In this document: positions 48,517 to 58,834 of the stretch, piece by piece | Numbering within the stretch: position 1 is the stretch's first letter | Layout of the letters: each line of letters starts with the position of its first letter | Virus record (IMG/VR): IMGVR_UViG_3300047159_000040 | Coordinates: 32,001-96,000 of that record | Reading direction: 5' to 3' (one strand) | Length of the DNA stretch: 64,000 bases | Origin: a virus | Taxonomy: Duplodnaviria > Caudoviricetes | The notes under the pieces: generated by a model | Seen by the model: only the letters and a program-made list of their open reading frames with translations | Databases searched by the model: none | What the model was told of the DNA's origin: nothing | Program-made: the position numbers and the translations under genes

Positions 48517-51500
48517 ATGGCATCTGGATACAATTTCAAGACGGCGTCTGAAGTAAATAGCATAGCCAATAAGTTCCGCACATCGATCGATGCGGAGTAT
48601 TTGGCCCACTTAGCCGCCAACTATTCGACTACTTCGTCGGCTACGTCCTATAACGTTCCCGATGGAATGACCACGCGCCTTGCAGATGCAACGGCATTCA
48701 TTCTCAATTCGTCAATCAAGGATAGCACCACCATCGACGAAGCCGAGACTCAGCTTAGCTATATCTTCGGTAAGTTCCTTACGAAGTACTTCGAGACGGG
48801 GCTTACCACGGATGACATTCTGTCTCTCATGAACTATGTCACGGCTTACAACAGCGAAGACAAGCAGTATTACAGCACGCATTATCCTCAGGCCGTATTT
48901 GGAGTATCCAACGATGAAGGATCGTCTTTCTTCAAAGACGCCATCGTAAAGTACATAGACCTGTATTTCAGCAGCATCGTTCTTGCTGTCTCTGATGGTA
49001 AAACGAATCTGTCGTTCAGTTACTCGACTGTTCCTAGCAGCGTTTTTACGGCATATTCCGATGAAACGTCTGCCGGAAGCGCGACTTACGGAGTAAGCAG
49101 CTCAGCTCAGACATTCACCGGAAATTCTCTGAGCGCCAGATTCCTTAAGGATCCGACGAGCACATACAAAAGCTCGCTTGCTCTTAAAGGAATCATAAAA
49201 TACATAGCTTCATTGGCGATGTATTCGGCAATCAAAGAATATCTAAGCTCAGTTGGAATGGAGTCTCCCGTCACCGTAGAGATAACGACTTCAAACACAG
49301 TCGGAGATTCGGTTGATTACCAGACAGAGACTATAAACAACGTTATCTACGACATATACGTCAAGAACGCATCTGGAGACTATATCAAGAAGGATTTCTC
49401 CTCATACAATAAGATCCAGACCGCGACGTATTACGTTCTTAACAGCGTGACCAATGGCAGCTCATACAAGGAGAAGCTATTCTCCGTGTCGTGGACTATA
49501 GCGTCATATTCAGTCAATCATTCAAAGTCATCGTATTCTGGAAAGGACGCCGTCAATACCGTAAAAGGGTATCTGATGAATCAATCAACCGGACTGTTTG
49601 AGACTATAGCAGGAATCGATGAGGTATGCTACGACATTCCTAACTATACGGTTTTATCAACAGATTCCAAGGTATTCTTATCTAGCATAGGATCAGGATC
49701 AGATGATCTTAGCAAGTCGATTCTCTTAATGCCGTCCGAGCCAGTCTATGCGTCAAGCACAGACTATCATATGACGGTTGATATGTTCCCGACGTATTCT
49801 GGAGAATCCTATAAGGAAAAGGGAGAGATAGTAGAGTATTTTATCAGAACATTGGCCAAATCTAAGATTCAGTACATGTTCTTCGCCAATGGATCTGAGG
49901 CATACAAAAACTCAGCTACCCTAGACGAGTTCATAGACATGAATGACGGAAAGCTGATAGCCATGATGTCATTCAAGAAGATCGCTTTGAGCCAGACGCA
50001 ATATTCGGCTCTTGTTTCGATGCTCAGCAACAATGGCGAATCAGCCGAAACAAGCGCTTATAAGAACATCGATGGCAATTATCTCATCAATCTAAGCGTC
50101 ATGTACAAGGAGCTCAATCCGGTTTATCGCGAGATCGAATACTCCGATCTGATCGAATATGCCGCAACAGGAATCGACTCGGCCCACCTTTTCGATGACT
50201 CGACGAGATATGATTCGATAATCAGCTACACCAACAAGCTGATCTTATCTGACAATGCCGTGGCTTGCTTGGGAGCTCTGCGCGTCCATCCATACTATTG
50301 CCGAAGAGCCAAAGAGAGCGACATCATCCAGTATATGACTGGAAGCTATATCGGATATGGCGTTAACAGCAGCGAGAAGAACGAGATCACGAAGTTCCTC
50401 GACATGTATCGTCAGACCAGGGATTTCTATTACAGGAATATTTTAAATAAATCCTTCATTCTGGATGACAATTACAAGGCATATGAACATATCTTCATTC
50501 TTGACTATGCCCTCATAAGATTCCTGTCATATAAACAGGATGAGCTTCATAACATCAATTATTATGACGACACTGATATCGATAACTTTCTTGACAGCTA
50601 TGGCTTGAATGCCTTGAAGGATTCAGCCGCTTTCTACAATCAGTTCGAGTACAAGAAACGAATGGTAGCCAACTATAACAGCCTCGTCAGAAGCAAGGGA
50701 AGCCGCCAAGTCATGAGCATGCTTCAAAGCATATTCAGCGACAGCGTTTATAGCGTTACCGTTAATCGATACGTTCTCGTGTCTTTGAACGGAGTCTCAG
50801 ACGGGACCGATGGAAACAAGGAATTCTATGAGAACTCATCAAAAGAAGTCATGCAGGACAACAGTCTGTCTCAGTATCCTAGGCTGGTATTCGTCCGCAT
50901 TCCTTATGACGCAGTCAATGAGCACGAAGCCGTCATGTCGGCAATCTCAAACAACGACTTCTCAGAATATTCAGACTTCGTCAAAGACGATTCGACATAT
51001 TGGAAGATAGGACAGGATCTTATCTCCAAGGAGATTAGCGGAGCCGTAAGCACAAAGTACAGCGGATATGAGCTTTCTGAAAGCATCGCAAAGGTTTATG
51101 CGATGACGAGGTATTGCATATCGGCGATGTCGATCATCGAGAAATACGGATCAAAGCATTACCTCACAAGCACCTCCGATCAGCGCGGAGCCGTTTCCCT
51201 TGATTACGTCGATACCGACGTGAAGAGCTCGTCAGACAACGTCGATCTATATCAATACTACAGAGCGATATGGGATGCGTTCGAGTATTATCTATACAAG
51301 AAGCAGGAAGAGTCGCTCAAGCTTCTTGACGACAAGCATTTCAATCCGTTCATGACGATGACTAATCGATATGGCATAGCGTCAGCATGGCCTTCCGGAA
51401 ACGATAAGGATCTGGCCATAATAAACAACCTGATAAGCATTTACGACACGGCCGCATCTAATGTAAGCGCCAAGAACATTCAAGATTACGGCACTCTTTA

Positions 51501-52407
51501 TTCGAACGTCTATAATTTGAGAAAAGCGTCGCTGCTAAAATTCTGCGAGACCATCGGAAATACAGGGGTAGACGGTCTGACGTCTATTGATCAGATCATG
51601 GATTATGCCGACGGCCTTTGCATTATCTACCATATGATATCGTCGAAGTGGAGCAACGATGGCATCGTCAACTTCTTGAAATACATGTGCGCCAAGAACT
51701 CAGATACGGCATCATTCTCATCCGTTTTGGCCAATGCCGGAACCGGGATGCCGTTCTCGATATTGTATAAATACATCATCAGCCCGATGATCAAGCTTCC
51801 GATCGACTATTATGGAAATGGTCTGCTGAATGGGTCTATGTCTGATTCTCTTTTGAGAAACAACGAATTCGAAGATCTCATAGAATACGTCATAAACAAC
51901 GTTTACACCGATGCTTCGATGAGCTACGGATCTAAACTTGAGACATCTTCGACATACGGATACAGAGGTTCTTCACTAAAGTCGATCGACGTCACGGGAA
52001 TAAGCACGATCGACAGCTCTTTCCAGAAAGTTACCGATTCATTAAGCAGTTCTTCATTGATAAGCGTTTTCTTTGGATCTGGGTATGCGTCTATGACGGC
52101 GGATGCTATATCCGATAAGATAACCGAAATGATAAGCGACGCAACCGAGAAAGCCGAGAATCTTGACGACATGAGCATTCTCTATTCGACGTCGTCCAAT
52201 TCCAACAACGCGGCGGCATTCATAAACGCCGCTCTAACGATGTTCATATCGTATACAAGCCAGATCTATGATGTTAAACTATATAAGACATACGACACCA
52301 AATCGGAATGCATGCCCGTGACCGACTCCGTCACCCATGCCAAGAGATCCGTTAGAACCGATGTGATGTATTCAGATGAATCAGTAACGATAAAGAAGGT
52401 GGCATGA
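48517..52407 (+). CDS. Large baseplate wedge-like structural protein
   Basis: Start MASGY after a GAGG RBS and a late promoter. Y..LVRSKGS..M....F motif of gp7/P2 gpI-type wedge proteins. Confidence 0.6.
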   Translation: MASGYNFKTASEVNSIANKFRTSIDAEYLAHLAANYSTTSSATSYNVPDGMTTRLADATAFILNSSIKDSTTIDEAETQLSYIFGKFLTKYFETGLTTDDILSLMNYVTAYNSEDKQYYSTHYPQAVFGVSNDEGSSFFKDAIVKYIDLYFSSIVLAVSDGKTNLSFSYSTVPSSVFTAYSDETSAGSATYGVSSSAQTFTGNSLSARFLKDPTSTYKSSLALKGIIKYIASLAMYSAIKEYLSSVGMESPVTVEITTSNTVGDSVDYQTETINNVIYDIYVKNASGDYIKKDFSSYNKIQTATYYVLNSVTNGSSYKEKLFSVSWTIASYSVNHSKSSYSGKDAVNTVKGYLMNQSTGLFETIAGIDEVCYDIPNYTVLSTDSKVFLSSIGSGSDDLSKSILLMPSEPVYASSTDYHMTVDMFPTYSGESYKEKGEIVEYFIRTLAKSKIQYMFFANGSEAYKNSATLDEFIDMNDGKLIAMMSFKKIALSQTQYSALVSMLSNNGESAETSAYKNIDGNYLINLSVMYKELNPVYREIEYSDLIEYAATGIDSAHLFDDSTRYDSIISYTNKLILSDNAVACLGALRVHPYYCRRAKESDIIQYMTGSYIGYGVNSSEKNEITKFLDMYRQTRDFYYRNILNKSFILDDNYKAYEHIFILDYALIRFLSYKQDELHNINYYDDTDIDNFLDSYGLNALKDSAAFYNQFEYKKRMVANYNSLVRSKGSRQVMSMLQSIFSDSVYSVTVNRYVLVSLNGVSDGTDGNKEFYENSSKEVMQDNSLSQYPRLVFVRIPYDAVNEHEAVMSAISNNDFSEYSDFVKDDSTYWKIGQDLISKEISGAVSTKYSGYELSESIAKVYAMTRYCISAMSIIEKYGSKHYLTSTSDQRGAVSLDYVDTDVKSSSDNVDLYQYYRAIWDAFEYYLYKKQEESLKLLDDKHFNPFMTMTNRYGIASAWPSGNDKDLAIINNLISIYDTAASNVSAKNIQDYGTLYSNVYNLRKASLLKFCETIGNTGVDGLTSIDQIMDYADGLCIIYHMISSKWSNDGIVNFLKYMCAKNSDTASFSSVLANAGTGMPFSILYKYIISPMIKLPIDYYGNGLLNGSMSDSLLRNNEFEDLIEYVINNVYTDASMSYGSKLETSSTYGYRGSSLKSIDVTGISTIDSSFQKVTDSLSSSSLISVFFGSGYASMTADAISDKITEMISDATEKAENLDDMSILYSTSSNSNNAAAFINAALTMFISYTSQIYDVKLYKTYDTKSECMPVTDSVTHAKRSVRTDVMYSDESVTIKKVA

Positions 52408-52904
52408 TGGAACAGGATGAATATACCCCAGTCGGTACTTTCGTGATAACGGACAAGACTGGCAAGACTATCGCCGAAGGGCATAACAGGATCGTCAACA
52501 CCGGCAGAAGCGTATTGGCCAAGGTGTTTTGCTCAGGAATGAGATTCTCAGGCGGAGAGCTCATAAGCAGCGTGTCAAGCTCTTACAAATTCACCAACAT
52601 AAAATTCGGGAGCTCAACGGATGCCACCACCGCAGACCATGCGATTCCGACGGCTTCCATCATAAGCGATCTTACAATTCCGGTTACCTCGTCTGTTGCC
52701 GCGTTCAACGAGAGCTCAAGATCGATCACGTTCACGATGTCGCTCGTGGGAAAGACTCAGTCTTATGTCATAACCGAAGCATGCCTTTGCTATTCGGACA
52801 CGGCAGCATCGAGCACTGAGAGCCTGTTCTCAAGATTCACGTTCGATCCGGTTTATCTTAACTCCGGAGATTACGATACAATAACCTATATCATAAGGTT
52901 CTGA
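52404..52904 (+). CDS. Tail collar / fibre-attachment-like protein
   Basis: HNRIVNTGR...ITEACL...LFSRFTF pattern. Confidence 0.65.
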   Translation: MMEQDEYTPVGTFVITDKTGKTIAEGHNRIVNTGRSVLAKVFCSGMRFSGGELISSVSSSYKFTNIKFGSSTDATTADHAIPTASIISDLTIPVTSSVAAFNESSRSITFTMSLVGKTQSYVITEACLCYSDTAASSTESLFSRFTFDPVYLNSGDYDTITYIIRF

Positions 52905-52908
52905 GGTC

Positions 52909-53595
52909 TTGGCCATGGAAAAAAATAAAATATCCGAGAAAGCATTCCTCGTCAACAACGACATCTACGGCGAGGTCTCTATCAAAGACTCCGATGGAAA
53001 TGTCCTTCTTGATAAAAAGAACATGATCGTCCTGTCAGGGCGCAGAGCCATCATGAACGTCCTATTCTCTAACACATCGGCGTACTTATTCAACACGATG
53101 TACATGGGATCGGGAACTGATCTCAGCAATCAGAACATGACAGCATCGGATGCCAAGGTGAGCATCTCATTCGGTATACCGAGCGTTTATTATACCGGAG
53201 TCACATTGTCCTCATCGTCGTCATCGTCTTACACCTACACCTTCGGAACATACAACAATTCCTCGTCTAAAACAAGCACTTCGCAAACAGTCTCGTCGGC
53301 ATCCGTTAGCGCAGGCGATGAAATCAGCCTGGTGACAACGACTGCCGAATCCGTGTCCGGAGGCCAATTCGCATACATGGTCGATTCGTCAAGCGCCGTC
53401 CCTGAATGCCACATCTGCTGCAAATACAAAGAGACGTCGTCTCAGCACGCCATAACGGAGATGGGACTAATGTCCATGTCCGCTGGGTCATATCCAGTAG
53501 CATCGTCAGACACGCTGTTCTCAAGAGTCGTATTCGATCCGGTCTATCTGATGCCTGGGTCGTCATATCAGATCGATTACCACATATACTTCTGA
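52909..53595 (+). CDS. Tail collar / fibre-attachment-like protein (tandem paralog)
   Basis: KNMIVLSGR...ITEMGL...LFSRVVFDPVYL, sharing its C-terminus with the previous gene. Confidence 0.65.
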   Translation: MAMEKNKISEKAFLVNNDIYGEVSIKDSDGNVLLDKKNMIVLSGRRAIMNVLFSNTSAYLFNTMYMGSGTDLSNQNMTASDAKVSISFGIPSVYYTGVTLSSSSSSSYTYTFGTYNNSSSKTSTSQTVSSASVSAGDEISLVTTTAESVSGGQFAYMVDSSSAVPECHICCKYKETSSQHAITEMGLMSMSAGSYPVASSDTLFSRVVFDPVYLMPGSSYQIDYHIYF

Positions 53596-53643
53596 TTCGC
53601 CGATTCATTGGAAATAAAATTATTTTAGTAAGAGGCTGTCGCA

Positions 53644-54855
53644 ATGGCACAAAGAAGGCATTTGACTGATTCGGAGACGCAGGAAGTCCTTGCTCTCACG
53701 AGAAAAGACATCAACATGACATTGCTTAAGCGGTACTTCGCCGCCATTAACGATGCGCCAGCCCCGCGTTTTCACACCAACGATATCATGACATTGCCTG
53801 CCGGAAAGCTTTACAACAAAACGGCAGTCGAGACCACCATCGGAAGATACATCTTCGAGATGTTCGTCCTTCCTACGAAGTATCTCATGAAATACGGATA
53901 CATCAATACCCCATTCACCGGAGATGTTCTTGAGGGAACGGAGAATAAGCTGGCCAACATGCTTCTTAACGATGAGATCACCGTCCAGGACTACGCGTCC
54001 TATCTCGATAACGGAGAATGGATATCCATGGGCCAAGCCTATTACATCACCCCGTCTCTTAGCTTTGACTTCATGCAGCCTCTTCCAGACGTCATCGCCA
54101 AGAAGAACGAGCTGTTCAAGCAATACGACAAGGAGCTGTCTTCCGGAGATACCAACGTCGCTTCTAAAGTCGAGAATGAGCTCCTCGACATGGCCAAGAA
54201 AGAGTTGAAGGCAAAGGGCGATCCTTCGATGGACTTCTATAATCAGGGCGGCGAATTCAAATTCCCCGTTGCTTATAAGAAGACGTCTATCATGGGCGGA
54301 ATCGTCGATGATATCAACAAGGGCGGAGTCGATGTCCTTAAGTCGAACTACATCGACGGAATCACCAAAGAGGACTTCGCCAAGTTCGCGAACCTCACCG
54401 TCGATGGCGGATACGCCAGAGGCGTCAAGACCCAGGAAGATGGCTATATGACCAAGAAGTACAACAACGCCATGCAAACCGTCGTCCTTGACGAAAAAGG
54501 ATCCGATTGCCATACGCATCAGACCCTTCAGGTAACCATTTACCCTGAGCTTAAGACAATGTTCTTATATCGCTATATAGTTGAGGGCGGCAAGTACAAA
54601 TTGCTCGATGACTCCAACATAGATCAGTATGTCGGAAAGGTCGTGAGCCTGAGATCGCCGATGCTCTGCACCGGAGATAAGATTTGCAATATATGCGCCG
54701 GAGAACTATATTATAAAATGGGTATCGAGAATATCGGCCTTCTATCCAACACGGCATCCGGAAACCTCATGAACCTCTCAATGAAGAAGGTCCACGACTC
54801 AACCGTCAAGTTCATCAAGATAGACGCGTCGAAATACATCACTCAGCTAAGTTAG
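53644..54855 (+). CDS. Phage multisubunit RNA polymerase beta-prime fragment (bridge helix and zinc-binding region)
   Basis: TTIGRYIF, ARGVKTQEDGYMTKK (bridge helix), DCHT, and LRSPMLC...ICNICAG. Confidence 0.88.
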   Translation: MAQRRHLTDSETQEVLALTRKDINMTLLKRYFAAINDAPAPRFHTNDIMTLPAGKLYNKTAVETTIGRYIFEMFVLPTKYLMKYGYINTPFTGDVLEGTENKLANMLLNDEITVQDYASYLDNGEWISMGQAYYITPSLSFDFMQPLPDVIAKKNELFKQYDKELSSGDTNVASKVENELLDMAKKELKAKGDPSMDFYNQGGEFKFPVAYKKTSIMGGIVDDINKGGVDVLKSNYIDGITKEDFAKFANLTVDGGYARGVKTQEDGYMTKKYNNAMQTVVLDEKGSDCHTHQTLQVTIYPELKTMFLYRYIVEGGKYKLLDDSNIDQYVGKVVSLRSPMLCTGDKICNICAGELYYKMGIENIGLLSNTASGNLMNLSMKKVHDSTVKFIKIDASKYITQLS

Positions 54856-54873
54856 CTGGAAAGGTAGCATGGT

Positions 54874-55050
54874 ATGGCCAATGCATCAAAGTCCGACAAA
54901 CGTTCTATCGAAATCAGATATGACGTCGCTATTATGGAATCATCCGACGGAACCGTAACCGCATATGGCCATGGCGGAAGAGTGGTAGCCGTCGCTAAAT
55001 CAATGGCTGGCCTTGAAAAATGTCTGAAGAAACAACAGAAACTGTCGTAG
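54874..55050 (+). CDS. Small 58-aa hypothetical protein
   Basis: Fills the gap after the RNAP gene and has a GAAAGG RBS, but overlaps the next ORF by 31 nt. Confidence 0.4.
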   Translation: MANASKSDKRSIEIRYDVAIMESSDGTVTAYGHGGRVVAVAKSMAGLEKCLKKQQKLS

Positions 55051-55583
55051 ACGATAAGATAACCGAAGCGGATAAGGCGCTAATAAAAGCCATATCAGGA
55101 GTCATCAATTCCGATATGGATCCCATCAGCAAAAGCCTCTCCAAGATGGTCGATAAGAAATGCATCGCCAAGCTAAGCTTTGGCGCTTTTCTTATACTGG
55201 CATGGATGGCGTTCACCATATTCTCGATTCTGATGTACGCCCACAGCCCGTCTAACACGATGTATTCGATAATGATGATAGGATCTTGCATAGTTCTGGT
55301 ATCGGCAATCATAGACTTCGCCATCACTTTTCATAAGAATATGTCAGATTGCTACGATAGGCATCGGAAGCTCATGGATAAATTGACGGAGATGCTCGAA
55401 TGCGCCGAATCGATAGCCGACAGCATAGATTCGAGCGACACGATGTATTCGAATTACATAAACATGATGGACAACAAGATATCAGAGATGCATGACATCT
55501 ACATGAAATCCAGGTCTCTTGAGAATGATTTCTGCAAGAAGTGGCGAATCAAATCAAAAGACGGCAACAATCAATTATCGTAA
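55020..55583 (+). CDS. Membrane protein (two TM helices plus coiled coil)
   Basis: Two long hydrophobic segments. Confidence 0.65.
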   Translation: MSEETTETVVDDKITEADKALIKAISGVINSDMDPISKSLSKMVDKKCIAKLSFGAFLILAWMAFTIFSILMYAHSPSNTMYSIMMIGSCIVLVSAIIDFAITFHKNMSDCYDRHRKLMDKLTEMLECAESIADSIDSSDTMYSNYINMMDNKISEMHDIYMKSRSLENDFCKKWRIKSKDGNNQLS

Positions 55584-55599
55584 TCTCGAGGCAATAACA

Positions 55600-56181
55600 A
55601 TGAGAAAGATCACTATCCTTGACGAAGAATACAACAAAGCGCAAATGCTTGATATCATGGGAAGCCGTGCTGCAGACGCAGCCCTTTCCGTCTTCGAAAG
55701 CAAAGCGTCTGAAATGGCGCATAAATGCTATGAAGGAATGACCGAATCGGCATTGGATTGCCCGGGATTCTTCGAAGTTCGCAATGATCCAACCGTCAAA
55801 TTCTTCCTTTCAGAGAAGACCGCGAAGGCCCTTGCCTCGAAAGTAAGATCAGGATTCGGAGAGACTTCTCTTGAAGAAGCCATTAAGGTCGGAGTCGAAT
55901 CGGAAAGATTCCTCAAGCCGCAATCAAAAGACGACTTTGGGCTGGTTGAGGCGTTCTATCGCGGAGCAGACATCAAGTCTAACGGAAGCGGACTGGTCGT
56001 CACCAAATCAAAGATCGGAGCTGGATCGGAATTGCTTGAAGGATATGATCGGCTTAGATCAGATCTGTTCTGCATGATGCAATCTCCTACCGATTATGAT
56101 GAGCCGGCCCTCAAGAATGTCCTTGAAGGATTGATGATCATCTGCGACGTCTGCGGCGTCAATCCGGAAAATAAAAAATAA
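55600..56181 (+). CDS. Hypothetical late protein
   Basis: Start MRKIT after a GAGG RBS and the late promoter at 55566. Confidence 0.7.
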   Translation: MRKITILDEEYNKAQMLDIMGSRAADAALSVFESKASEMAHKCYEGMTESALDCPGFFEVRNDPTVKFFLSEKTAKALASKVRSGFGETSLEEAIKVGVESERFLKPQSKDDFGLVEAFYRGADIKSNGSGLVVTKSKIGAGSELLEGYDRLRSDLFCMMQSPTDYDEPALKNVLEGLMIICDVCGVNPENKK

Positions 56182-56197
56182 ATAGGGAAGTCCAAGC

Positions 56198-56770
56198 ATG
56201 CCTGAAAAGATCATTTTGGAAAAGGCATCGCCTGAGCTTAAGCAGCTGGAGGAGATGCTCGTTCACGTAGAGCCATCTCTGCCCGCGGTCATAGAGAATT
56301 CGGTTTATTACGCCAGACTTAAATATGCCCTGTTCCCAGAGATATACAGTTTCTGCAGGGAAAAGACCGAGCTTAGGGACGATCTCAATATCCTAAGGCT
56401 CAACGTCGGAGAGCCCATGAGCGAAGACAAGATCCGAGACTACATGGATGCCATGATGGAGCATTACAACGATTCCGAGAACAACATCGGCATCGATTAC
56501 CATCTTGAGATAACCCGAATCGATTATGGCCTGGCTGTGTTCGCCGTCATCAAGCGAGACGAGATCTACATGAAGAAATTCGTATTCAGATTCAGAAAGA
56601 ACCTCGCCGACGGAATCAACGGTCTGTCGAATGCCGGAGTTCCGATCTCGCAGACGCAGAGCACCGAAGGCGATTCGCAGGACAACATCGATCCTAATGA
56701 CGCCATGTCAAAGCGAAGGAAGGCGTTCAGCGATTTAGATAAGAAGACAAGAGGACCTGCCAATCAATGA
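56198..56770 (+). CDS. Hypothetical protein
   Basis: 190 aa. Confidence 0.7.
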   Translation: MPEKIILEKASPELKQLEEMLVHVEPSLPAVIENSVYYARLKYALFPEIYSFCREKTELRDDLNILRLNVGEPMSEDKIRDYMDAMMEHYNDSENNIGIDYHLEITRIDYGLAVFAVIKRDEIYMKKFVFRFRKNLADGINGLSNAGVPISQTQSTEGDSQDNIDPNDAMSKRRKAFSDLDKKTRGPANQ

Positions 56771-57507
56771 CTTACCCATTTTTCAAGGAAGAGCAATTCG
56801 GATCGAGGACTCAGCTCACGTTCACCGGAGAGGAACTGGATATATTCCTTCCTTCCGATTATTTCGATGACTCCGTGGACATGGCTGAAATCGTATCCGA
56901 GTTCATCGACTGCATGGGTATCTTCTGCTTCAAGACAGACGGCCATCTCTATCAGATAACGATGCCTATCAGAATACGTTTCAGCTTCTCTTCGAAATAC
57001 ACCAAGACGATGCGTCTTCTTCCTGGCATGCCAGAAGCTGACTATACCGTTTTCGTCCTCAATCGGGGAGACGCGTTCATCTATGATCTTCTGCATAAGG
57101 AGAGCAACCAGGACATCGAATTCATGTTCTCGAAGATGATCGCTTTCGGAAAGATCCCGCCATCGCTTCCTTATAGAAAGTCGATCGATCTCGTGATGCA
57201 GTCTCTGATCATTTCCGGCGTCAAGTCGAAGATAGGAGTCCCCCTTCTAAGCCTTGAGGTCGTCCTATCCGAGCTGTACAGAAACAAGAACAACACGTCT
57301 CAGCCGTTCAGAATGCTGGCTGGGTCAGGTCGCGGAACGGATTATGACTTCAAGCTCGTGCGGATGACGAAGATCCCTGAGCTAAACTCGACGTTCACCG
57401 GAATATGCGGAGAGGATTCGAACCATCAGATCGTATCCGCCATCTACAAGACCAAGACGCATCAGGAAGAGAAAGACACGCCTATCGAGAAGATCCTCAA
57501 GTATTGA
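56767..57507 (+). CDS. Probable extreme C-terminal piece of RNAP beta-prime
   Basis: LEVVLSELYR and STFTGICGED..QIVSAI resemble the beta-prime HIEVIVRQM and SFISAASFQET..VL..AA motifs. Confidence 0.55.
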   Translation: MTYPFFKEEQFGSRTQLTFTGEELDIFLPSDYFDDSVDMAEIVSEFIDCMGIFCFKTDGHLYQITMPIRIRFSFSSKYTKTMRLLPGMPEADYTVFVLNRGDAFIYDLLHKESNQDIEFMFSKMIAFGKIPPSLPYRKSIDLVMQSLIISGVKSKIGVPLLSLEVVLSELYRNKNNTSQPFRMLAGSGRGTDYDFKLVRMTKIPELNSTFTGICGEDSNHQIVSAIYKTKTHQEEKDTPIEKILKY

Positions 57508-57536
57508 AAAGACTGCCAGTCGGCAGTCTTTTTCTT
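57507..57536. terminator. Bidirectional terminator
   Basis: AAAAGACTGCC-AGTC-GGCAGTCTTTTT. Confidence 0.75.
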
Positions 57537-57539
57537 TGC

Positions 57540-58238
57540 TTAAGCTACGGTTACTCTGGTGACGTAAGAGGATTTGACGAACTGATCTTGCCACTTCTGG
57601 ATCAAGGCGTCTCTCTTCTCGGTGGCGCTATCGACCATATCGAAGAACGGCTCGATGTTTCCATAAGGAGTGCTCATGCTCTGGAAGCGGTGCCTGATCG
57701 GATACAACGAGATAAGGACATCGCATAGGCATAGCTGCAGGAACTCGTCCCTTAGGCCGATCGGGATAGTCTTTAGATGCTTAGGATGAATCGCTTTGAC
57801 CTCGATGATCGGATAGTCGTTCTTCAGAAGCTTAGGATAGCAGTTGACGACGTTTGGCGGCTCGAATCTGAAAGTCGTTCTAGGAAGAACGGCGCTCGTA
57901 TAATCCGCCAGGATCTGATTCTCGAATGGGTTGATCGTCATTGGAACCACGGTGGCTCCGTATTGGATCGACTGGTCGAAGTGGATCTTGTGGATCCCGA
58001 ATATCTGGATGTTGTCCTTGTTCGGGAGATAGTACCTGTTCTCGCTTCCTGGGACGATGTCAGCCGACGATAGCGTGACGTTATAGACGTACGGGAAGAA
58101 CTTGCTGAACGTCTTCAGGCTCTCGTCGAAGACGACTTTCATCATCTCCTCGTCCGAAATCTCGATCGTCTGGACGACCGACCCAAGGTTTCTCTTTAGG
58201 TATCTAAGCGCGTCCGTTGGGGTTAGTCCAGTTGCCAT
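57540..58238 (-). CDS. Neck / head-tail connector protein (T4 gp13-like)
   Basis: L..YLKRNLG..V..IEIS N-terminus, with a late promoter upstream. Confidence 0.6.
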   Translation of the reverse strand: MATGLTPTDALRYLKRNLGSVVQTIEISDEEMMKVVFDESLKTFSKFFPYVYNVTLSSADIVPGSENRYYLPNKDNIQIFGIHKIHFDQSIQYGATVVPMTINPFENQILADYTSAVLPRTTFRFEPPNVVNCYPKLLKNDYPIIEVKAIHPKHLKTIPIGLRDEFLQLCLCDVLISLYPIRHRFQSMSTPYGNIEPFFDMVDSATEKRDALIQKWQDQFVKSSYVTRVTVA

Positions 58239-58394
58239 ATGCCGTTTATTCCTCGGGAAAATAAAAATAAAATCCTCATAATCGATTGTTCAGGGCCAGT
58301 CTCTAATTCCGGCTTAGAGATATATGATTTTGGTGTGAGAGTGAGCGGCATCGGCCAATGCTTGCCTAATCCCACGTTAAAAGGAGATAAATTT

Positions 58395-58712
58395 ATGAAT
58401 GCTGAAATCATCGATAGAACATCAGCCAAACGAGAGAATGACGACATCGCCGGGGACAGGATCATCATCGCCACGCTAAAACCATTCGTCCGTGAGGTGT
58501 ACGTCCATAGAATGAACGCGTTCATCACATATTGGCTAACCGCCAAATCAGATGATCGCCATCGCCGATACAGAAACAAGATCATGGATGCCATACGGTA
58601 TCTTCAAGTAGCAGAAGCAGTAAAATACCTGTCCGAAGAATACGCCAGGCAGCAATCATTGAAATACGGGTTCGCCATCGAGCCGATCTATCCGCGCAAG
58701 AAATACGAATGA
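58395..58712 (+). CDS. Hypothetical protein
   Basis: AAGGAG RBS before MNAEII, followed by a terminator. Confidence 0.6.
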   Translation: MNAEIIDRTSAKRENDDIAGDRIIIATLKPFVREVYVHRMNAFITYWLTAKSDDRHRRYRNKIMDAIRYLQVAEAVKYLSEEYARQQSLKYGFAIEPIYPRKKYE

Positions 58713-58834
58713 AGACAGCCGCCCAGCCAGCGGCTTCTTTTTTTGCTTCCGGAGGACCAGAATGGCCAGAAGCCTACGAACAATCTATTATCGAAACGTC
58801 AGCGTCACTCACGTCGTCGGAGGAATAAAATATT

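Noticed and set aside
55020-55583. Holin
   Set aside because: Two TM helices alone are insufficient, and there is no adjacent endolysin.
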